Origin: an uncultured Microthrixaceae bacterium | Lineage (GTDB): Bacteria > Actinomycetota > Acidimicrobiia > Acidimicrobiales > Acidimicrobilacustridaceae | Assembly: GCA_963726905.1 (NCBI GenBank) | Contig: CAVSDZ010000016.1 | Span: 3,028 to 67,027, forward strand | Direction of reading: 5' to 3' | Length of the DNA: 64,000 nt | Part shown: one piece after another, positions 1 through 8,814 of the stretch | Numbering within the stretch: position 1 is the first letter of the stretch | Layout: each line of letters begins with the position of its first letter | Program-made: the position numbers and the translations under genes | Notes under the pieces: model-generated | Database searches by the model: none | Seen by the model: the letters and a program-made list of their open reading frames with translations, nothing else | What the model was told of the DNA's origin: nothing

Positions 1-831
1 CGGCCCGCCCCCCTCGGCGGCGGCGGCCTGCCACACGACCGGGATCAGGTCGGTAACGATGGTGCCGCCGGTACTGCCGCATCCCAGGTTCCGCAGGTCG
101 ATGTCGTTGATCCGAACTGCGAGTTCCTCGGCCGCCTGCGAGTTCGGGCTGGGAACCGTGAACTTGGGGGTGTTCTCAGCGAGGGCCCTGAGCGCCGCGA
201 GGTCGCCGCCAAAGCGCGCCGCGGCCGCGGCGCCTTCGGTGAAACAGTGATTGGTTTCGTAATCCGACCGGGGGTGCGGGCCGACATCGTGAGGGCACGG
301 CCCCACGCTCATGGCAGCCCAGCGGGACACGAGATCGCTATAGACGAGCAACGCTGCTTGCTGGAGCGTGTCAGGCATGCCAGGAGGTAGGTAGGGGGCC
401 AAGGTGGTTGGGGAGGCGCTGCTCAGCAGGTCGACGGTGCGCTGGTCGTAGGTGATCTCTGTCGCCGTGGTCGACGCATTGATACGGGATGCGGCCTCGG
501 TGAGCGCCTGATCCGCCATGGCGGCACGGGTGAGGAACCCGTCGAGGTCGCGGGCGGCCATCTGGATCGGCGGGGTGTACCCGGTCTCCGGAACGGTCGC
601 GGCCGTCGATCTCGGGCTGGTGACCTCGGTGGTCTCGGTCGACACCTCGTCGTTCGTGCCGGTTCGCCGACCCACGGCGACCCCGACGGCTGTCGCCACC
701 GCCACCAGCGCGAGAACGGCCACGACTATCTGCCAGGTGCGCAACCCACGCCGTCGACCAGTCGCACTCGCCGAATCGCCGCGGTCGTGCTCCTCGTCGG
801 GTTGCCCTTCAGTGGGTGTCGGGTCATCCAT
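1..831 (-). CDS. Hypothetical membrane-anchored protein; its 3' end runs off the window, so it is absent from the supplied ORF track (no stop inside the window)
   Basis: I translated the minus strand by hand from the ATG at 831, which has GGAGG 9 nt upstream. It is stop-free for all 277 codons down to position 1. The product begins MDDPTPTEGQPDEEHDRGDS...RRGLRTWQIVVAVLALVAVATAVGVAVG (one TM helix), followed by a soluble Cys-containing domain (...VGPCPHDVGPHPRSDYETNHCFTEG...LGCGSTGGTIV). Third codon positions are mostly G/C. Confidence 0.55.
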   Translation of the reverse strand, partial: MDDPTPTEGQPDEEHDRGDSASATGRRRGLRTWQIVVAVLALVAVATAVGVAVGRRTGTNDEVSTETTEVTSPRSTAATVPETGYTPPIQMAARDLDGFLTRAAMADQALTEAASRINASTTATEITYDQRTVDLLSSASPTTLAPYLPPGMPDTLQQAALLVYSDLVSRWAAMSVGPCPHDVGPHPRSDYETNHCFTEGAAAAARFGGDLAALRALAENTPKFTVPSPNSQAAEELAVRINDIDLRNLGCGSTGGTIVTDLIPVVWQAAAAEGGGP

Positions 832-1346
832 CGAGAACGACCTCCGCTCGATCTCAATCGCACCACCCGAATCCACAGCGCAACGGGTCGAACGGCCCAA
901 CTACGACTCGAGTAACTCTGCGCACTTCTCCCCAGGCGAACCTCGCCACCGAGGCGTCATGTATTGCCGGTTCTTGCTCGCTGGCCGAGGGAAACCAAGC
1001 CCATTCCTGGAGGTTGGGGCGTGGGACTGCCGCATTGTGTGTAAATCTGATGGACATAGTCAGGTTTAGATTCTAGGATCTGGGCATGCGGCTTCACCAT
1101 TGCTCCCCGACCGTTCTTGTGTCGTCGTTCGAGCGGTGTCGGTGCGGCCGAATGGGCGGATGACCTTCCCGCACCCTGACCTTTGCCACGCCGCGTTCGG
1201 CACGCGCCGGCCGACTGGCGGTGAAGCCCACCCGAGGCCAGTTACCCGGTGGGCCGTCGTTCGCTGCCGTCCTCGACGTTCCCCCGCGTCGGGGACGGCG
1301 GCCACGCCTCGCTTCTCGCCACACCTCCTTTGAATGCAGGTACCCG

Positions 1347-1962
1347 ATGAGTCACCAACTAGTCGGTTCGTCAACCGAACGCTCTGGGGCCACGCGCCGC
1401 GTTTCGATCCGCCACACGGCGACGCAGCGCCCCCCGGTCCTCGCTCCCGCCGCACGGGACCCCGCCCTCGGCACCGAGATCCTGGCCGACATTGCCGTCG
1501 GTCTGGGACGAGCGGAGGCCCTATGGCGACCCGTACGTCGCCCACGATCCCCTCGACCGCACGAGCGTCCGCCTCGTGGCCACCGATATCTATGAGGCGT
1601 GGCTGCTCGGATGGACACCCCGCCAGCGGGTAGAGCTGCACGATCATGGCGGCGCCAACGCCGCCTTCGTCGTCCTCGAGGGTGAGCTCGACGAGATCAC
1701 CCTCGGCGATACCGGCACCGCCACCGAACGGCTCGAGGCCGGTGCCTTGGGCACCGTCTCGGCCGGAGTCATCCACGACGTGGTCAACGGAGGATGGTCC
1801 AATGCCACCAGCTTGCACGTCTATTCCAATCCGTTGCGGACCATGACCTTCTTCGACCCCGACGGAACACCGCGCCACACCGACTACGTCGAATGGGTGC
1901 CCGCGCTGATCACCTCGGCGCTACAGACCAGGGAGCTCCACCCCTCACGGCGCTGGCGATGA
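1347..1962 (+). CDS. Cysteine-dioxygenase-type cupin protein (one apparent frameshift near 1490-1500)
   Basis: ORF 1492..1962 carries YEAWLLGWTPRQRVELHDHGGANAAFVVLEGEL, a CDO-like cupin signature. The N-terminal ~50 aa (MSHQLVG...GTEILADIA) lie in the frame of ORF 1221..1595. The stop overlaps the next start (ATGA at 1959-1962). Confidence 0.7.
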
Positions 1963-2378
1963 GCACCGAGGCGTCGAGAATCGAAAGGCGCCTGCAAGCG
2001 GCCCGGTCACGCATCGACCGCGTGCCCGCCGACCGCTTGGCCCTGGAGGTCGCCGCCGGTGCCCTGGTGATCGACATCCGCCCAACATCGAATCGTGAGA
2101 CCGAAGGAGAACTGCCCGGGTCGATCGTGGTGGAACGAATCCACCTCGAGTGGCGCCTCGACGCCACCAGCGGTTCCGCGCTCCCAGACGCCTCCGACGA
2201 CCGCCGAGTGATCCTCGTCTGCAACGAGGGCCACGCCTCCAGCCTGGCCGCGGCCGACCTGCGTGAACTCGGTTTGTGCCGCGTGACCGATCTCGAGGGC
2301 GGCTACCGGGCCTGGCGCGACCTCACCGACGCCACACAACCCGCCCAGCTCACCTCCGAACCCCGACCAGAAGGCTGA
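1959..2378 (+). CDS. Rhodanese-domain sulfurtransferase
   Basis: This is the internal Met of ORF 1794..2378 (MSTEASRIERRL...). The active-site loop is VILVCNEGHASS and a C-terminal GGYRAW is present. It is translationally coupled to the upstream CDO-like cupin, a recurrent gene pair. Confidence 0.75.
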   Translation: MSTEASRIERRLQAARSRIDRVPADRLALEVAAGALVIDIRPTSNRETEGELPGSIVVERIHLEWRLDATSGSALPDASDDRRVILVCNEGHASSLAAADLRELGLCRVTDLEGGYRAWRDLTDATQPAQLTSEPRPEG

Positions 2379-2492
2379 CGCCATCTCTCGGGCTGATCAC
2401 CGGCCAAGTACGCGGCGAGCTTCATGAGCCAGGGCGGTCGCAACCACCCCGCCGGGGGCTCGGGTGTGAGCTGGAGGCAGCGTCTCGGCTTG

Positions 2493-3114
2493 TCAGGAAT
2501 CATTCTCAGGGTCGGGCAGTTCGAGGCAGATGGCGGCCCGATACCCCGCGCCGTCGGGACGATGTCGAGCACGGCGGGGTCGCCGCCGGTGGCGAAGATC
2601 TCGTCGGTGTCGTTGGTCGTGTCCCGGCCCGGGCGCGTCGCGTACGGCGCTTGAGCGAGGACCTGGTCGCTGGTCTGGTCGGGGAAGTACAGCTGGCTGG
2701 TCAGCATCATGCACGTCGGTGTGGACCATGACGTGTATGTGCACGGTGCGGCCGGGATACCAGCCGGGATAGATCGTGCGGAACTCGACCATGCCGGCGT
2801 CGTCGGTCGTTGCCGCCCTCGAAGGAAGGTCTGGTCGGCCAGGTACTCGGCACGCGGCGCGGTTGCGGCGGTGACGACGACCGACGAGTCGGGCGGCGGG
2901 AACCCGGAGTAGCGGCCCAGCGCGTCGCACTGCCAGATCTCCACGACGGCGTCGGCGAGTGGCGTGTTGCCGGGGGGGCGAGGCGGATGCCAAGCTGGAG
3001 TACGACACCGTCGCAGTCCTCGATGACATCGCGTCGCTCGGGTTGGGTATCGCGGTGGTACGGGCCTTCGTCCTGCTCGGCCCACGATCGACACACCGTG
3101 CAGCTCGAGAGCAT
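2493..3114 (-). CDS. Intradiol ring-cleavage dioxygenase-like protein (at least 4 frame jumps)
   Basis: The homology is spread over ORFs 2707..3114, 2303..3316 and 2493..3029. The pieces read EQDEGPYHRDTQPERRDVIEDCDGVVLQLGIRL, then NTPLADAVVEIWQCDALGRYSGF, then TTDDAGMVEFRTIYPGWYPGRTVHIHVMVH, then LTSQLYFPDQTSDQVLAQAPYATRPGRDTTNDTDEIF. One jump sits at a G7 homopolymer near 2960. Confidence 0.7.
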
Positions 3115-3150
3115 CGCTGCCAGCTCGCCGCTTACCGGCGTCGGTCGGGC

Positions 3151-3490
3151 TCATTGGTGGGCGAACTCCTGGAAAGCCTCGAAGGCACGAGGGGCGTGGA
3201 CGGTACCGGGCCCGCCGTTCATGAGAATGGCGACGCCGAGCGCCTCGGCGACCTCCTCGGCCGTCGCGCCGCGTCGGGCGGCGCCGCGGGCGTGGGAGGT
3301 CACGCAGCCGTCGCACTGTTTGGTGACGGCGATGGCGAGCGCGATCAGCTCCTCGGTCTTGGCATCGATGGCACCGTCGACGAACACGGCGCCGCTCAGC
3401 GCGCCGTAGCCTTCGAAGACGCCGGGGATGCGCTCACGCAGACGCCCTCACCGATGGTCGTAGCTCGTCGAGGATGTCCTTGTGGGTCAC
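3151..3490 (-). CDS. Carboxymuconolactone decarboxylase / AhpD-like family protein (one frameshift near 3430)
   Basis: ORF 3151..3387 reads FVDGAIDAKTEELIALAIAVTKQCDGCVTSHARGAARRGAT, which contains the CxxC of the AhpD/CMD fold. The N-terminus (V)THKDILDELRP lies in the frame of ORF 3434..3712. The GTG at 3490 has AAGGAG 7 nt upstream. Confidence 0.75.
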
Positions 3491-3504
3491 GGTCTGGCTC
3501 CTTG

Positions 3505-3801
3505 TCAGGGGTGCGACGGCGACGGCGGCGCGCCGTCGATCTCGAAGAACAGGTCGTCGGCGTAGCACCACCACCAGTCCTCGCCCGGCTCGTAGGACCG
3601 GATCAACGGGTGGTCGGGGTGCGCGTGCCAGTGGGCGGTGGCGTGGCGGTTCGGGGAGTTGTCGCAGCAGCCGACGTGGCCGCAGTGCATGCACATCCGC
3701 AGGTGCACCCATCGGCCGCCGATGCGCAGGCAGTCCTCGCAGCCGTCGCTCGACGGCGTGACCTCGACGACGGTGTCGAGGTGGGTGCAGGTGTCAGCCA
3801 T
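3505..3801 (-). CDS. UBP-type zinc-finger protein
   Basis: This is the internal Met of ORF 3505..4038: MADTCTHLDTVVEVTPSSDGCEDCLRIGGRWVHLRMCMHCGHVGCCDNSPNRHATAHWHAHPDHPLIRSYEPGEDWWWCY. That is the classic Cys/His pattern of zf-UBP. Its ATG overlaps the stop of the upstream DUF5996 remnant. Confidence 0.7.
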   Translation of the reverse strand: MADTCTHLDTVVEVTPSSDGCEDCLRIGGRWVHLRMCMHCGHVGCCDNSPNRHATAHWHAHPDHPLIRSYEPGEDWWWCYADDLFFEIDGAPPSPSHP

Positions 3802-4038
3802 GATTGTGTGCTTCGTTCGGTCGGTCGAGGGCGTCGCGGTCCCAGCGTGCGGTGGTGGCGGCCGCTTGGTAGGTCGACTGCAGGAACTCGAGGAGGAGCC
3901 CGTCGGGGTCGTCGGCGGTGCGCACGAGCTCGTACGGGAGGACGAATTCGCCGAGGTCGTCGTTCCACCGGGCCCCGTCGCGGCGATGGCGGTGTCGCGG
4001 TAGGCGGGCGGCTCCGGGTAGGCATACGCGTAGAACAC
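3794..4038 (-). pseudogene. DUF5996-family protein, C-terminal remnant only (also one frame jump near 3975)
   Basis: The remnant reads FYAYAYPEPPAYRDTAIAA followed by WNDDLGEFVLPYELVRTADDPDGLLLEFLQSTYQAAATTARWDRDALD (ORFs 3505..4038 and 3794..4129). This matches the conserved C-terminus of DUF5996 proteins as I remember them. None of the three minus frames upstream (4040-4716) shows the expected ~230-aa N-terminal part. Confidence 0.5.
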
Positions 4039-4690
4039 TCCTTCTTTGCTGGTGTACTCGTAGCCCTCCTCGTTCTCGGTGGCGTCTTCCTGCTCGGCCG
4101 TCGCACGAGCGACAGCTCATCGTCGGCAAGTCCGGAGGGCTCCTCCGAAGATGCCTCGACGGTGACTAGTGAATCGTCGACCTCGACGACCACCTCTACC
4201 GTGCCAGCGACGACTTCCCACCAACGACCGCAACGGCGACTACCGCACTGCCGGCCGCGACGGTCCCCTCCACAGTTCCAAAGCCGGTTCCGACAGCGCC
4301 GCCGCCTCCCGCTGCACCTGCGCCCCACGCCATCAACGGCACGCAGTACCTGTTTGATGCGACCGCCAGCGTCAATGGCACATGGGTCACTGGTCAGGCC
4401 TGCTACGGACTCGGTGGGTTCTCCCGATATTGGACCCGGGACCCAAGCGGTCGTGCGCAATCAGTCTGGCACGGTCATGGGAACTACGGTTCTAGGCCCA
4501 GGAGTAGTGCAGACTTGGCCGGAGGTGGGGCCACTAGCAAGACGGTGTGTCTTCCGTTCTCCTTTGCGTCCGTCCCCGACTCGACCTTCTACTCCTTGAG
4601 GTGTCGCATCGAGGTCAGGTGCAGATGTCCAGGGCCGACCTTGCTGCGGCCGGCTGGCACGTGGAGATCCATCTCCAAGCGTCGTCGTAA
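4024..4690 (+). CDS. Membrane-anchored Ser/Thr/Pro-rich protein with a conserved-looking C-terminal domain (frame-broken; start codon unclear)
   Basis: A hydrophobic anchor FFAGVLVALLVLGGVFLLG (4042-4098) is followed by an S/T-rich linker. The rest is spread over all three plus frames: TTATATTALPAATVPSTVPKPVP...HAINGTQYLFDATASVNGTWVTGQACYGLGGFS, then IGPGTQAVVRNQSGTVMGTTVLGPGVV, then KTVCLPFSFASVPDSTFYSLEVSHRGQVQMSRADLAAAGWHVEIHLQASS*. The stop is TAA at 4688-4690. No ATG/GTG/TTG precedes the anchor in frame; there is only an ATA at 4024. Confidence 0.3.
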
Positions 4691-4715
4691 GGCCTGCACC
4701 CACATGACGAGGTCG

Positions 4716-6521
4716 TCATCCTGCAGGAGCAGGGCGCCCTCGATTTGTCCGGTTTCTTCCAGTAAAGTCAAACGCCCTGGCTTCCGCCGGGCATTCCCCG
4801 GCGGGGAGGTGTCTTCGACGTGGCCGGTCAAGCCTGAGACCTCAAAACGCCGGTAGTAAGGTGACGATATTGTGTCGTCAGTCACAGGAAATGGAATGGT
4901 CCTCGTGAGAGGCTTATCTTTACGATTGCAGTTCAGGGGGAGGAGAGCGTAGGTACCAGAACGGCAGGTGCCGTCTGACATCAGTCAATGGGTGCGACAC
5001 TCTCGGATGGACAGGAGGCAGGCCCTTCGCCGCACGAGTCACGTTCAGACGAGCGCAGTAGGGTTGGAAGAAGTGCTCACTTCAACACAACTCTGTGATT
5101 TGATTGCAGTAGGTGGAAATGGTGCTGCCGACGACCTTGCCGCTGCCACATACATCGGAACTGAAGCGATCGCATTTCACCCAGGGCCAGAGATAAGCCA
5201 ATCTGATGGGACATTCAAATGGCCTGGATGGGCGCAGCTGTTTCAGGTTGATCTGCAGACGCGACCGGTGGTGTGGTCGTGGAAGGTGAAGCTGTCGATG
5301 CTGAAGTGGTCATCGTCTTGGCGGCTGCGCTTGCACGCGAGGAGGTCGAGCGCTATCAGAGCGCCGATGAAAACCTTCTTTCGTGTGCGTCATTCGTCGC
5401 ATGGGCTGACGGGAACCTAAGACCACGATCTCGGGTGGCCGATGGATCCTTCTCTAGATCCCTCGTCGGCGTGTGCTTCGGCGGACTCGGGCTCGGGGAA
5501 CAGCCGCTCGGCGTCTCGACTGGCAAGGGGGAAGGCTGTGGCGGCGGCCACAGCATCCAGCGAGTCTGACCGTCGGCAGCGAAAGCCGGTGACCTTGTCT
5601 TCGGCGTGGCGCCTTGGGCGTGCTGCGGGCGTGGTGGTTTGCGGAATAGCGGGCTTCTGATTGTCGGGACCGGCCTGTCGAGGGATCGGTGCTCTGCGCG
5701 GAGACGCTTGGCGCTGTGGGTTCGATGCGCCGAGGCGGTTTGGGGTGTGGAAGGTGCGGTACGTCGGTGGCGCTGCTTCGCTGTCCGCGGCGACCAGTGG
5801 AGTCTCCCGCTGACTTCTGGAGTCCTGTTCGTTCTTGGTTTGCGGCCAGGGGGCGTGCTCCCATCATCGGGACCTACTGGTGACGCGCCCCTCGAAGGGG
5901 CGCCGTGGAAGGGCTGCAGGTCCATTCTCCGTCGCTGCTCTCGTGCTTCGTTCAAGCCCTCGCAAGCCGTCGAGGTGCTGGGGTGCGGTGGCCCTCTGAT
6001 GCGGATCCCTGGGCTGGAGGGACGCGCTGCTGTCACGCAATCGCGTACCCGCGGCGACGAGTCGGTCGCCCACATCGCCGTCCCAACGAGTTCGGATAAC
6101 TCGAGCCCGGTGATCATGGCGAGGCGCGTGATCGATGGGGGGAGCTGGGACCGGTTGGCAGCACAGGCGTCGCCGACGAGAACCGGAATGGGTGGGAGCC
6201 CACGGGAGATAGCTGTTTCGATCTCTCACGCGACGAAGTCCTCGGGGTCATCTAGTGGGCGCGCTCCACCCGCGTCCGCGACGGCAGCCCAAGAGGGGCC
6301 GATCAGGGCGATGAATGCGTCACACTCGCGAAGCGCGTTGTCGATCACGTCGGGGAAGTACTCCGACACGGATCGAATCGATGTCCATGAAGACCTCTTC
6401 GACACGTTGATCCGCACATAGGGTCTTATACAGCGCCAAGGCGGCACGTGTGGGTGTCCGATCGGCGATAGCTGATGAAGATACGGACACCCTGTCCGCT
6501 GGACGTGCCTTCGGTCGCCAT
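4716..6521 (-). CDS. TIR-domain / single-TM / Cys-rich ectodomain protein, paralog 1 (at least 8 frame jumps; possibly a decayed copy)
   Basis: The N-terminus is MATEGTSSGQGVRIFISYRRSDTHT, then ALALYKTLCADQRVEEVFMDIDSIRV, then SEYFPDVIDNALRECDAFIALIGPSWAAVADAGGARPLDDPEDFV, then EIETAISRGLPPIPVLVGD...LAMITGLELSE. These fragments are in ORFs 6320..7030, 6226..6558, 5356..6117 and 5864..6229. Next come the TM segment KKVFIGALIALDLL, the linker TTTPPVASA, and the ectodomain YLWPWVKCDRFSSDVCGSGKVVGSTISTYCNQ ... AKGLPPV ... SDGTCRSGTYALLPLNCNRKDKPLTRTIPFPV ... PPGEC. The gene is colinear with paralog 2 over its whole length. A 1-nt insertion relative to paralog 2 is directly visible (ACGTGCCGCC versus ACGTCCGCC). 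GC content is visibly lower at 4716-5420. Confidence 0.7.
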
Positions 6522-6645
6522 GCCCCCCATCCCCTCGGCAGACAATTGCGCGCCTCACGCCTCTCGGTGTTCACCGAACAAAGCGGCCTTCGAAATCGGT
6601 GAACATTGCCCCCCAAGGCGACGCCACGTGGGCGCGATGCAAAAA

Positions 6646-6675
6646 ACAGTAGGGCATCAGGAAGGCCTCTGCGAG
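6646..6675 (-). promoter_or_regulatory. Candidate promoter of TIR paralog 1 (-35-like CTCGCAGAGG block, -10 TACTGT)
   Basis: On the minus strand the sequence reads CTCGCAGAGG-14 nt-TACTGT...CGTGGCGTCGCC-96 nt-ATG. The same blocks, with the same 14-nt and 96-nt spacings, occur upstream of TIR paralog 2, where the -10 is TAATAT. Confidence 0.35.
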
Positions 6676-6999
6676 CGGTATCCGTGGGCCACCAGCCACG
6701 AGTCAAGGCGCACGCCTGTGGGGCCGGTACTTGCCAGGGGCACCCGACGAGGCCGTCCTGGTCGGTGATGGCGCCGTCCGGGTGGGTATTGCAGAGTGCG
6801 CATCGCGGACGCCCTCGCCCAGGCGCTGATCGACGCAAGCCTGCGGCGATGGGAGCGGTGCCTTTCCCGCAAGCCGCGAAGGGACGCTCTCGGGAACCTG
6901 CCGCGTCAATGTCGTCCCGCTCGGCACGTGTAAGACTGATGCGCTCCGCCTGCGCCGGCCCCACGGCTGCCGTGGGCGGAACGCGTTGGGGGGTGAAGC

Positions 7000-8758
7000 G
7001 TGGCCACACCGGACGATCCCGGCCGGTCATCGGCGCTCAAGACGACGGTGGCGATCGTCCTTGCCGTCATGGCATTCCTCCTGGGGCTGGTGGGCTACCT
7101 ACGAGCTGGCGGGCTCTCGCTCGCGAGCGCGGTCTACCGAAGTCTGGGACTGTTCACGCTCAGCTTCGATCCGCCACCCAATCAGACGGCCTCGGGCCTC
7201 CCGCTCACGCTGGAGATCGCCCGGTTCCTGGCCCCGGCCGTCACGGTCCTGGCCGCGGCAGCGGTCGCAGCGCGGGTGTTCCGAGACGAGTTCGACCGAC
7301 AGACCACCCGGCGGCGGGTCCGTGGTCATGTGGTGGTGTGCGGTTTGGGGTCGGTCGGCGCCATGGCCGCACAACAGCTGCGGGCTCAAGGTCGCCACGT
7401 CGTGGCGATCGAACGTGACCGGTCCCGACCATCGATCCCGGCCGCCCGATCCGCGGGCATCCCAGTCGTGGTGGGCGACGCCCGTGCAAGACAGACACTC
7501 CGACGAGCAGGTGTCGACCAGGCTGCCCACCTCGTGTGGTCGGCCAGCGACTGGGCCGACGGCCAGGCGGTGGTCGATTCGCTGGTCGACACGCTCAACG
7601 GCCGGTCTGAGAAACGACACGGGGCCCCACGCGGGCCCGGCGTGCCTGCTTGCACGGTACGCGATCTCGCGTTGTCCACCACCTTGCGTCTGCGGGCCCT
7701 GAGTCAGCACCCGGAGGCAACTTGGGGGCCCGATGTGGACTACTTCAACCTGGCCGAGAACACGGCTCAGCGTCTGCTGTGGAAGGTCACCCGGGGGTAC
7801 GCCCTCTTCGACGGCGGCCAGGTGGAGTTGTGGCTACTGGGCTCCGGACCGCTCGTCGAAGCACTGGTCGTCCAGGCCGCCCGAAACTGGTGGGGGGTCC
7901 CGTCCGACCACGCTCGGCCCACGCTGTTGTGGTGCATATCTTCGATGACGGCGCCACGAGTGCACGCGACCACCTCCTCGCCCGATGGCCTGAGGTCGCC
8001 GAGCGCGTGCTGCGTCGAGGCACACGACGGGCCACCTGAAGGAGCCCTCGAGGTCAGTCGGTCGACCGACGCGATCGGCGAGCCGCAGGGAGCCTTCGTG
8101 TTGACGGATGACCCGGAGCGGGCCGTGCACCTTGGTCTCCACCTCGCCGAGGAGACCGCGATTCCCATGTGGTGGTTGGCGTCGAGCCGGCAGCCGCGCC
8201 AAGGCTGGCCGCTCCTGACCTCTTGCTGTTCGACCCGGTCCGCTACGGCTTGGACAGTGACGTCCTGCTGTTCGACACCATGGACCTGCTCGGCCGGATG
8301 ATCCACGAGCGCTACCTCCAGAGCCGACTCTGTTCCGACGGCACGCTGGAAGCCGGAACCGACCCGTCCGATCCCGGCCACGAGTGGAGCGCGCTCGAGC
8401 CGCTGTGGCGTGCCTCCAACCGCGACGCGGCCCGCTTCATCGTCCCCAACCTCCAGGCCTCCGGCTTGCGCATTCGGCGCCTGAGCGGCCTCGACGATCT
8501 CATCGCCTTGGACGGAACCGACGCGATTGGCGACTCTGCGCTGGTCGACATGGCCACACGCGAGCACGAGCGGTGGCACCGGTTCATGACTGACCAGGGT
8601 TGGCGATTTGCTCCCGGCCCCGCGACGACGAGCAACGCACGAACCCCAATCTGCGGCCGTGGTCCGATCTCGGCGCCGACACACGCGGGTACACCGTGGG
8701 GGCGGTCAGCGAGTATCCACGCTTGTTGGCCCAGCTCGGTTACCAGATCTGCCGATGA
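7000..8758 (+). CDS. Channel-like membrane protein: 2TM K+-channel-type core lacking a selectivity filter + TrkA-N (RCK) NAD-binding domain + two RyR domains (at least 4 frame jumps)
   Basis: ORF 7000..8301 contains two TM helices (TTVAIVLAVMAFLLGLVGYL and LEIARFLAPAVTVLAAAAVAA) flanking SAVYRSLGLFTLSFDPPP, which sits at the pore-helix position but has no TVGYG. The TrkA-N signature is GHVVVCGLGSVGAMAAQQLRAQGRHVVAIERD...VVVGDARARQTLRRAGVDQAAHLV. The first RyR-like repeat is in ORF 8169..8912: MIHERYLQSRL...WSALEPLWRASNRDAARFIVPNLQASGLRI. The second is ATREHERWHRFMTDQGWRFAPGP followed, in a third frame, by RDDEQRTNPNLRPWSDLGADTRGYTVGAVSEYPRLLAQLGYQICR*. The stop is TGA at 8756-8758. Confidence 0.65.
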
Positions 8759-8814
8759 CGAATGGGTCCTCACCGAAGGGCAGAATCGCGCTGTGGGTTT
8801 TGTCGGGGGCAAGA

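Noticed and set aside
2959-4599. Very long ORFs with Arg/Gly/Ala/Pro-rich translations. Examples are 2959..4599 +, 19249..21216 +, 50049..52370 +, 53322..55424 -, 29650..31935 -, 21795..23147 + and 1066..1878 -.
   Set aside because: They run antisense or out of frame to genes with clear homology (UPF0182, vWA, ACADs, DivIVA and others). They have low-complexity composition typical of shadow ORFs in high-GC DNA. Only short segments of 2959..4599 and 29650..31935 coincide with real coding frames.
4040-4716. The missing N-terminal two thirds of the DUF5996 gene on the minus strand.
   Set aside because: The three minus-frame translations (ORFs 3603..4460, 4196..4390, 4461..4703 and 4589..4981) show none of the family's hallmarks. 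The plus strand carries a more convincing S/T-rich membrane protein, and the 3' end of TIR copy 1 occupies the region above 4716.
6522-7030. An N-terminal extension of TIR copy 1 suggested by ORF 6320..7030.
   Set aside because: The ORF is in a different frame from the TIR start. The paralog alignment fixes the ATG at 6521, with matching leader blocks upstream. The extension is low-complexity.
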